From a virus (Duplodnaviria > Caudoviricetes), in the IMG/VR virus record IMGVR_UViG_3300032295_001241, positions 1-33,081 of that record: a DNA stretch of 33,081 nt, one strand, 5' to 3'. The notes beneath the pieces are model-generated. The model saw only the letters and a program-made list of their open reading frames with translations. It ran no database searches and was not told the origin of the DNA. Of this stretch, positions 1 through 6,755 are shown in pieces. Made by a program: the position numbers and the translations under genes. How positions within the stretch are numbered: position 1 is the first letter of the stretch; the number at the start of each line of letters is the position of its first letter.

Positions 1-22
1 AGATACCGAGGGGGCAAGGGCT

Positions 23-457
23 ATGAAGTTACAAGCCATTGTTCAGGGCATTGACGGCGAGATGATGCTTGACTTACTCCAAGACACCGAGACAGCAATG
101 CTTCTTAGTGCTTGGCTAGAGCCTGAGGGCTTAGTCGCTAGGGTTAGACGCCCTGACGGAGTGTTACAGGTAATGACCACAGCAGGTAGTGTCCAGTTCA
201 TAAAGACATTGCCTACTGGTGACAGGATCGTAAGGTTCTGGGGCGACAAGCGTCTTGACAACAAGGCTGTATATCCAAAGCGTGAGGACTTCGCTAATGA
301 CTACGAGTATGAGTTATGTCGTGGTACTTACAAGTATCTTGCTATGCCTTTAGAGCTCAAGAAGGATAGCCAAGCGGCTTACGACACTATGCTCAACGCC
401 ATTAGCGAGAAACTCCAACGCCAAGTACAGAGAGACGGTGATGATGATGAGGCTTAG
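23..457 (+). CDS. hypothetical protein (early-type)
   Basis: 144-aa ORF with GAGGGGG SD-like element upstream; no recognisable motif. Confidence 0.7.
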   Translation: MKLQAIVQGIDGEMMLDLLQDTETAMLLSAWLEPEGLVARVRRPDGVLQVMTTAGSVQFIKTLPTGDRIVRFWGDKRLDNKAVYPKREDFANDYEYELCRGTYKYLAMPLELKKDSQAAYDTMLNAISEKLQRQVQRDGDDDEA

Positions 458-482
458 TTATACCTGTAAAGAGGTAATCGGT

Positions 483-629
483 ATGATCATTGACATAATC
501 AACCAAGACGGTGAGGCTAAGTCTGATGGTGAATGCATAGACGAGATATGGGAAACGCTAGATTTTCACGGCTATATCCCTAAAGAAGTCCATAGCCAAA
601 CAGGGAAGGAGAACGGTATAGAACATTGA
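483..629 (+). CDS. small acidic hypothetical protein
   Basis: ATG at 483 preceded by AGAGGT; translation MIIDIINQDGEAKSDGECIDEIW...; this start is preferred over 438. Confidence 0.55.
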   Translation: MIIDIINQDGEAKSDGECIDEIWETLDFHGYIPKEVHSQTGKENGIEH

Positions 630-691
630 TCCCTAATGCTCTAGTCGTATTGGTAACAGTCATCGTGCTAACGCTGGTGGCTAATAGGTAA
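626..691 (+). CDS. putative 21-aa single-TM peptide (MIPNALVVLVTVIVLTLVANR)
   Basis: TTG start overlaps the upstream TGA (TTGA); GGAAGGAG upstream; hydrophobic core; not in the ORF track. Confidence 0.4.
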   Translation: MIPNALVVLVTVIVLTLVANR

Positions 692-856
692 TGGCTAGAC
701 CCCTAGTGCTAGGTGCTTACTGATCTAGGTGCTTAGTGCTAGGGCTTAGTCCTACCGCTACCTCTACCGCTATGGATTTATGTAATGCGTAAAGAACTAG
801 CCCCCACTCCCCTCGGGGTAGGGGGTGGCGGTTGATCGGTCAATGTTGCGGCGAGG

Positions 857-885
857 TTGTCAATGCTTGACAGTGGTGCTAGTGT
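857..885 (+). promoter_or_regulatory. sigma70-type promoter TTGTCA-N17-TAGTGT with extended -10 TG
   Basis: -35 at 857-862, -10 at 880-885; overlapped by dyad TGTCAA-TGC-TTGACA (858-872). Confidence 0.6.
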
Positions 886-940
886 GGTTGGTGTGGCAAG
901 TCCGCCACAAGCCCTAAGGGGTACTAATGAAAGGGTCAAT

Positions 941-1189
941 ATGACCGCAACAATAAAGGCTTACGGCGAGTGGTGTATCCTCTCGGGCAGTAAGAAGGAC
1001 AACGACGCCGTCTATGGCGCTAGGATCTGGGAAGGTCAGACTGTCAAGTCTGGTGACCTAGTAGTCCTAGTGAATTGGAAGGGTCACGAGTCAATGACAG
1101 TGCTAGGCGATAAAGGCGAGACTGTCAAGGGTAATCCACAACGTGGAAAGATCGGCTACACCAAATGGTCGGTAGTCACTAACAAGTAG
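941..1189 (+). CDS. hypothetical protein, 82 aa
   Basis: ATG 941 with GAAAGGG SD, downstream of the 857 promoter; the ORF-track start at 857 lies inside the promoter. Confidence 0.65.
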   Translation: MTATIKAYGEWCILSGSKKDNDAVYGARIWEGQTVKSGDLVVLVNWKGHESMTVLGDKGETVKGNPQRGKIGYTKWSVVTNK

Positions 1190-1195
1190 TGGAAA

Positions 1196-1233
1196 GGCAG
1201 GTAGATCTCTAGGAAACTAGGGGTCTGCCTGCC
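1196..1233 (+). terminator. 17-bp RNA hairpin with GAAA tetraloop (terminator-like, no U-tract)
   Basis: GGCAGGTAGATCTCTAG-GAAA-CTAGGGGTCTGCCTGCC; the three non-Watson-Crick positions are all U.G on the + strand; directly after the stop at 1189. Confidence 0.65.
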
Positions 1234-1380
1234 ACACCCCCACCCCCGGGGGGTGTAATACCCGTCCTCCATATGTGTGTATTTGTGTTACAAAGATGTC
1301 TGATATATGACAAACGAAATATGCTTCTGTGTGTGTATGTGTATCGCCGCTTCGATGCGGCTCTAGGGATGTCGTGTTAG

Positions 1381-1561
1381 CTCCCCCCACGGTTCGCTCC
1401 TTTAAGAGCTGGTCGCCGTAGCCAAGTATTTAGCCGACACCAAGTTTGAGATTACGTTTCTCACGCCGCTCCTCTACATGACATAGAGGTCTACCCGCGT
1501 TCCCGCGTGTGAATGACCCGCCCCGAGCGAATGGGGTACGTCCGTGCTACTTACCAGTTGT
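1381..1561 (-). ncRNA. candidate structured ncRNA, copy 1
   Basis: Minus-strand promoter TTGTCA-N18-TAGTAT; begins ACAACTGG; hairpins covary with the copy at 28797-28940; ends approximate. Confidence 0.65.
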
Positions 1562-1568
1562 GGGGTAG

Positions 1569-1598
1569 ATACTACATGCAATAGTGTACAGTTGACAA
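1569..1598. promoter_or_regulatory. overlapping divergent promoters
   Basis: Minus strand: -35 TTGTCA (1598-1593), -10 TAGTAT (1574-1569). Plus strand: -10 TACAGT (1587-1592) 7 nt before ATG 1600 with no SD, i.e. leaderless arrangement. Confidence 0.55.
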
Positions 1599-1599
1599 C

Positions 1600-1992
1600 A
1601 TGCGCAACATAAATTTTTCTGGAAGCTTGAGCGACTTTAAGAAGTCTATCGGCATGCCAACCGGGAAAGAATCTCCTGAGCCTACGTATCCAGAAGGATT
1701 CACTCCATACCCTAAAGGCTTCACTCCTTTCCCACCGGGCTTTACTCCTAATGCAAGTGTTCCTGTGCAGCAAGGTACTCGTGTTAAAGCACCGCGCATG
1801 CTTAATGAGGATCCGGGCAACATTCGCCGTATGCAAGATCGTCGTGCCATGTTCAGTGACATCATCCATTATTCGATTGTTAACAACTACCCAGAGATGC
1901 GTGAGCTTGCAGAATACAAAGAAATGAAAGTAGCTCACAACATCATGCGTGGCCGCAAGAATGTCGGCAAAGGTCCAAACAAAGGTAAGTAG
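1600..1992 (+). CDS. hypothetical protein with 3x PxGFTP repeat
   Basis: 130-aa ORF; YPEGFTP-YPKGFTP-FPPGFTP; basic C-terminus; stop overlaps next start. Confidence 0.75.
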   Translation: MRNINFSGSLSDFKKSIGMPTGKESPEPTYPEGFTPYPKGFTPFPPGFTPNASVPVQQGTRVKAPRMLNEDPGNIRRMQDRRAMFSDIIHYSIVNNYPEMRELAEYKEMKVAHNIMRGRKNVGKGPNKGK

Positions 1993-2918
1993 TGGCACCT
2001 AAGCCTAAAGACATCTGGGGTGTTCCTCTCCCTAGTCCCAAAGACGTAGTCAACTACCTGAACAACGCCGTCAACGCAGGCCGTATTGCTTCCGGGGATA
2101 AAGCTGCCATCCTTCCAGGAGAGCAAGGTTTACGTACTCTGGGTGTGGGAATCTCAAGGACCAACGATTACCTAAACCCATATGCCAATACCACCAAGCA
2201 ACTGCTGGGCATGGCTGCCGGTAACCCTGGTGCCGAAGCCAAGTTCGCTAAGTCATTAGCTAAAGACATTGCTATCACCGCAGCTGCTGCTGGGGCTGGT
2301 GTTGCTCTTTCAAAGGGAGCGAAAGCTGTGCAGAACACCGGCATTCCTGCTCGACTTAACAATTACATAAAGGGAGAAACGGTGCTGGTCCATGGTTCTC
2401 CAGTAAGAGGACTTTCTCAGATAACGCCAAACAAAGCTCGTGCAAACCCAGAGTCTGCTTTGGTTTATGGAATGAGAACTGATGTTCCATTGGCTCAACA
2501 GAAACAAATAATCCCTGTTACTGAGCAGTATGCGCGTGGATCAACATGGCATGACAGAGGAACGGCGGTACCTTCCGGCGGTGGATCTATCTACGTAACA
2601 AAGGTTCCAAAAGAAACCACGCTTCTTCCGGACTACCCTAAAACGGTAAGGGGTGAAACAAAATTCACCGCAGATGGAAGACCAATCATAAGATTTTCAC
2701 CGTCTGCCGCAACAAGTTCTTCATCTTCTGCGCGTGTGGTCGGTGAGATCCCGGTTGCTGGAAAGCGTGAGGATCAGTTAAGGGCTGCGCTTCAAATGGA
2801 ATTGAAGAAGGCTGGTGTTAAGGTTAAACCAAACATCGTTGAAAAAATGCTTGATAAAAAAGAAGCCAAAAGAATAGCCGAGCTTCAGAGAACAAAGAGC
2901 TCAAACTCCGTAGTTTAA
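1992..2918 (+). CDS. hypothetical protein; C-terminal half resembles an ADP-ribosyltransferase-fold domain
   Basis: VLVHGSP...LVYG...QYA...GGSIYVTKVP spacing recalls H-G-[ST] class ART strands; N-terminal Ala/Gly amphipathic segment. ORF is solid, ART call tentative. Confidence 0.5.
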   Translation: MAPKPKDIWGVPLPSPKDVVNYLNNAVNAGRIASGDKAAILPGEQGLRTLGVGISRTNDYLNPYANTTKQLLGMAAGNPGAEAKFAKSLAKDIAITAAAAGAGVALSKGAKAVQNTGIPARLNNYIKGETVLVHGSPVRGLSQITPNKARANPESALVYGMRTDVPLAQQKQIIPVTEQYARGSTWHDRGTAVPSGGGSIYVTKVPKETTLLPDYPKTVRGETKFTADGRPIIRFSPSAATSSSSSARVVGEIPVAGKREDQLRAALQMELKKAGVKVKPNIVEKMLDKKEAKRIAELQRTKSSNSVV

Positions 2919-2925
2919 GGAATCA

Positions 2926-4875
2926 ATGACAAAAGGTAGACGGGCGATCTCGCCCGAGGATAGGGCTTTGTTTTGGCAATCCCTGCAATCAGGTGTGTCA
3001 ACTAAAGAAGCTGCTCGCATTGCTGGCATCTCATACAACGCAGCTGTTAAATGGCGGGCTAAAGCCAAAGAGACGGAAGCTCGCATTGACTTAGAGAACC
3101 TCACCCTTGCTAAGCCTGGTGGTGGTCGTGGCAAGGTCGAGAAGGACCGCGTCGAAATGGTTACGATGCCTCCGGTTATTCCGGCTGGTCGTTTGTGCGA
3201 ACGTGCACAACGTGGTTTAGAAGACTTCGACTATTTCCGTCGTGTGTACCTTGGACGTGTTCCGGCCCCATGGCAGGTTGATGCTGCATACAAGATCGTG
3301 GCCATGCTTGAACATCCAGAGAAACAGTTCATGGTTCTTAACTGCCCTCCTGGTGCTGGTAAATCAACCCTGTTCCATGATGTGGCTGTGTGGTGTATCG
3401 TGCGCAACCGTTCCATCCGTGTGATGATTGGTTCGATCAGTCAGACACTGGCAAAGATGTACTCACGCCGTATCCGTGAAACCCTAGAACGCACGCAACC
3501 TTTGCAACCGGACCCTGAAATGGTAGCCCGTGGTTTAGCATTGAATGCAGAAGCATGTCTCTCAGTTGACTATGGGCGGTTCCGCCCCAACCACGTGGGA
3601 GCATTATGGCGAGCAGAGGAGTTTGTAGTTGAACAACTGGGTACTGGCGGCTTGGATAACAAGGAACCAACCGTTTCTGCATACGGTATTGAATCTGAGT
3701 TTATTGGTCACCGTGCTGATCTGTGCCTTTTCGACGACGTAGCCTCACCAGAAAACTCCAAAGAATCTGTAGCCCGTGACAAACTCATCGAACGTTGGGA
3801 CTCCATGGCTGAAGCGCGTGTGGACCCGGGCGGCATGCTGGCGGTTATCGGACAGCGACTCGGACCTGGAGACTTATATGCTCATTGCTTGGCTAAGGTC
3901 TCGTACGATGTGGATGAGTATGACGGAACGGACGTTACGGATGTCTCGGAAACAGTCGAGCCACTTAAAAGCTACAAATACCACCACCTCATCTACAAAG
4001 CGTATTACGAAGAACTAGATAGTGGCCCTGCTTCGCGCAAGCAGACAGCTCCGGCATGGCCTGAAGGTCCACTTCTAGAACCATTCCGCCTTTCATGGAA
4101 GGACCTGTCGTACGTTAAGCACAGCTCACCATCAAAGTTTGAGGTGGTATATCAGCGAAAGGACATGGCTGAAGACCACTACCTGATTAACCGTGTATGG
4201 GCAACCGGAGGTCTTGGACCGGACGGTGTTGACTACCCGGGATGCATCGATAGCGACAGGCAACCAGGCTGGATCCCAGAAGGACTAGCCCCACCAATCA
4301 TTTCCATTGCCAGCATCGACCCATCGCCAACAATGTTCTGGGCCATCCAATGGTGGCTATACCAGCCAGAAACCAACCTTCGTTATCTCATTGACGTAGA
4401 ACGAATCAAACTGACAGCCGAGGATCTCCTCGGATACGACACCAGCAACCGCACCTTCGGCGGAATCATGGAGGAGTGGCAGAACAGGTCCTGGGAATAC
4501 GGCTATCCAATTTCCCACTGGATCGTAGAAATCAACGCGGCTCAAAGGTTCCTCCTGGCTCATGACTTCGTGCGCAAATGGCAGGCACTACATGGCGTAA
4601 ACGTAATCCCACACACTACCGCACGTAACAAGTTCGACGAAAACCTTGGTGTTGAAGCTTTGCTGCCACCACTATGGAGATCAGGACAGATCCGTATCCC
4701 CACAATGCGAGGCAACTGGAAGACTCTTGCGTTCGTGGATGAGATGTGTTCATGGACAAGAGATAAAAAGAACGGAACCGACTTGGTGATGGCTCACTGG
4801 TTTGCAGAGCTACACGTTCCACAGTTGCGTCCATCCAAAGCACCACCAAAGCTCTGGAGGCCAACGTGGATTTAG
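2926..4875 (+). CDS. terL: terminase large subunit with N-terminal HTH
   Basis: Walker A NCPPGAGKST, Walker B LCLFDD, coupling motif VIGQR, nuclease SIDP...VEIN...TDLVMA; N-terminal GVSTKEAARIAGISYNAAVKW HTH. Confidence 0.92.
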   Translation: MTKGRRAISPEDRALFWQSLQSGVSTKEAARIAGISYNAAVKWRAKAKETEARIDLENLTLAKPGGGRGKVEKDRVEMVTMPPVIPAGRLCERAQRGLEDFDYFRRVYLGRVPAPWQVDAAYKIVAMLEHPEKQFMVLNCPPGAGKSTLFHDVAVWCIVRNRSIRVMIGSISQTLAKMYSRRIRETLERTQPLQPDPEMVARGLALNAEACLSVDYGRFRPNHVGALWRAEEFVVEQLGTGGLDNKEPTVSAYGIESEFIGHRADLCLFDDVASPENSKESVARDKLIERWDSMAEARVDPGGMLAVIGQRLGPGDLYAHCLAKVSYDVDEYDGTDVTDVSETVEPLKSYKYHHLIYKAYYEELDSGPASRKQTAPAWPEGPLLEPFRLSWKDLSYVKHSSPSKFEVVYQRKDMAEDHYLINRVWATGGLGPDGVDYPGCIDSDRQPGWIPEGLAPPIISIASIDPSPTMFWAIQWWLYQPETNLRYLIDVERIKLTAEDLLGYDTSNRTFGGIMEEWQNRSWEYGYPISHWIVEINAAQRFLLAHDFVRKWQALHGVNVIPHTTARNKFDENLGVEALLPPLWRSGQIRIPTMRGNWKTLAFVDEMCSWTRDKKNGTDLVMAHWFAELHVPQLRPSKAPPKLWRPTWI

Positions 4876-4914
4876 CTTGTGGTAATTTAGACGTAGCGCA
4901 AACACGAGGACAAG

Positions 4915-6753
4915 ATGGCATCTTCTAAGAAAAACAAGAACACTACACCCCAAGATCAGGCTCTCGCAGCGAAGCGTGTTGCTTTTGTTAAGTCAAAACC
5001 TGAGTTGTCTCCAGTAGAAGCACGTACTCGTTTCTTTGTCCAGACTCGCGCAGCAGAACTTCAGGCAAAAGGTGTAGAGGTTACCAAGCAGAGGCGTCAA
5101 GAGCTTCGTCAGAAGTTTGCAAGCGGTGGTGTGCAGCGTACCGGCTTCTATACTCCAGCTGATATTGCGCGTGCAGCTGCAGCAAAGAGCACGGTGACAC
5201 CGCCTCCCGCAACTCTTAGTTCGCGTCCGCAAGATCTTGCTGATTACAAGAACACGACATACAGCTACCTTGATAAAGAAAACATGGCTCGTCGCCCTGT
5301 TGTACCAAAGGCTACACCCAAGGGAAACCCACTTGGTGTAAGTGATCGTTTTGCTAATGCAGTAAAAAATCCAGCAGCAGATTTCTTTGGAAGCCCAGCC
5401 GGAAAGTTTGTTAAGGGTGCATACAATCTTGCTGAATCAACTGCAGAATCCTTTAACGCTACGTTTATAAACCCAACCGTAAACCTTGCCGGAAGAATCG
5501 TTGGCAAAAACCCAAATCTTCGCCAGGCTGGAGGAATGGAAGCAGCAGTAAACACGGCAGATGTAATTCTATCTATTGTTACAGCCGGTGTGGCCAAGGG
5601 GCAGGTACAAGGTGTTAACACGGCAATTAAGGGACTTCTTCCAGCAAAGTCTGGACTTATTAAAACTACAGCAACAAAAATTTCCTCAAAGTTTCCTGCT
5701 GGTGGGAAGAGTCAGATGGTTCGTGGAGCGGATGATTATGCACAGACTGCCCTTGCCAATTTGGGTAAAGGACCAAAGGCTGGAACAGTAGACCTAATGA
5801 CCGGTGCTTACACAGCGCCAATTAAGAATACTGCAAAGAATACTGCAAAGAATACTGCAAAGAACAAAGCAGCTTCTGAGATAGTAACGGGAGCGGACGA
5901 TTACGTAAAAGCCGCAGTTAAAAACTACGGTAAAGGCGCAAAGTCTGGAACTGTTGATCTTGCTACTGGCGCTTATCAAGGTGTAGCAAAGAATGTGGCA
6001 AAGAGCACAGCCAAGAAAACTGCTGCAAAATCCACGCCAGCTAAAACTGTTGCTACAAAAATTGATGTAGCTCCAAAGGTAACTCCTACGGCTACACCAA
6101 AGGCAACTCCGGCAAAGTCTGTAGCACCAAAAGCTACACCAAAAACTGGCAAGCAAAGGTTTGAAGCTACCCGCACACAAGCTAGGAAAGATGTTAATGC
6201 AAGTAACTGGAAAGATCCAAACAATCGTTTTGTAGATGGGTACGAAGACGGCCCTATTGACATGAGCAAAATGGATTTCATGGAAAGCTCACCTGGTTAT
6301 AGCACTGCTCGCCGTGCAACAAAAGTTAAAGATACTGCGCCAGCAACAAAAGCTACACCAGCAAAAACAACTAAGCCAAAAGCCAGGGCAAAGGCAGGAT
6401 TCAAAGCCAAGGTGAATGAAGTCAAATCAACCCCAGCACCAGTATCTGCAAAATCTTCGTTTAAGACACAGGCTGAATACAACGATTGGCTAAAGGGTGG
6501 TGGAAAAGAAATCCTTCGCAACATGACACAGGGCCAACGCAATGTGTTCCTTAAGGCAAACGATAAGTTCGTCCAGGGTGCTGCGGCAAAAGCTCAACAG
6601 GCTGCTGCAGAACAGGCTAAGTCAACCGCTCGTGCTCTTAAAACTGAAAAGCTTTACAAGGGCGCACGTCCAGAATTGCAGGCAAAGTTCAACAAGGCTC
6701 TACTCAACAGGCAGCAACGTCAGCTTCTTGCAAAAATTGCGCCTAAGAAGTAA
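4915..6753 (+). CDS. Lys/Ala/Thr-rich basic protein with internal repeats (possible virion/DNA-binding protein)
   Basis: 612 aa; GAGGA SD; KNTA tandem repeats, ATPK/TPAK motifs, duplicated GADDY...GTVDL.TGAY module. Confidence 0.75.
   Translation: MASSKKNKNTTPQDQALAAKRVAFVKSKPELSPVEARTRFFVQTRAAELQAKGVEVTKQRRQELRQKFASGGVQRTGFYTPADIARAAAAKSTVTPPPATLSSRPQDLADYKNTTYSYLDKENMARRPVVPKATPKGNPLGVSDRFANAVKNPAADFFGSPAGKFVKGAYNLAESTAESFNATFINPTVNLAGRIVGKNPNLRQAGGMEAAVNTADVILSIVTAGVAKGQVQGVNTAIKGLLPAKSGLIKTTATKISSKFPAGGKSQMVRGADDYAQTALANLGKGPKAGTVDLMTGAYTAPIKNTAKNTAKNTAKNKAASEIVTGADDYVKAAVKNYGKGAKSGTVDLATGAYQGVAKNVAKSTAKKTAAKSTPAKTVATKIDVAPKVTPTATPKATPAKSVAPKATPKTGKQRFEATRTQARKDVNASNWKDPNNRFVDGYEDGPIDMSKMDFMESSPGYSTARRATKVKDTAPATKATPAKTTKPKARAKAGFKAKVNEVKSTPAPVSAKSSFKTQAEYNDWLKGGGKEILRNMTQGQRNVFLKANDKFVQGAAAKAQQAAAEQAKSTARALKTEKLYKGARPELQAKFNKALLNRQQRQLLAKIAPKK
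5824..5864 (+). repeat. 12-bp tandem repeat AAGAATACTGCA x3 plus partial
   Basis: Directly visible; in frame, encodes KNTA. Confidence 0.95.
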
Positions 6754-6755
6754 CA

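Noticed and set aside
857-940. N-terminal extension of ORF 857..1189
   Set aside because: The TTG lies in a -35 box; ATG 941 has a proper SD
1381-1561. Retron msr-msd, DGR or tRNA interpretation of the structured element
   Set aside because: No reverse transcriptase in the window, no long terminal inverted repeats, no cloverleaf or T-loop; cannot exclude an RT outside the window
1474-1998. 174-aa minus-strand ORF
   Set aside because: Antisense shadow of the 1600 gene that runs into the structured element; no SD or motif
5824-5864. Tandem repeat as possible CRISPR or phase-variation tract
   Set aside because: No spacers, and the unit is a multiple of 3 inside a CDS
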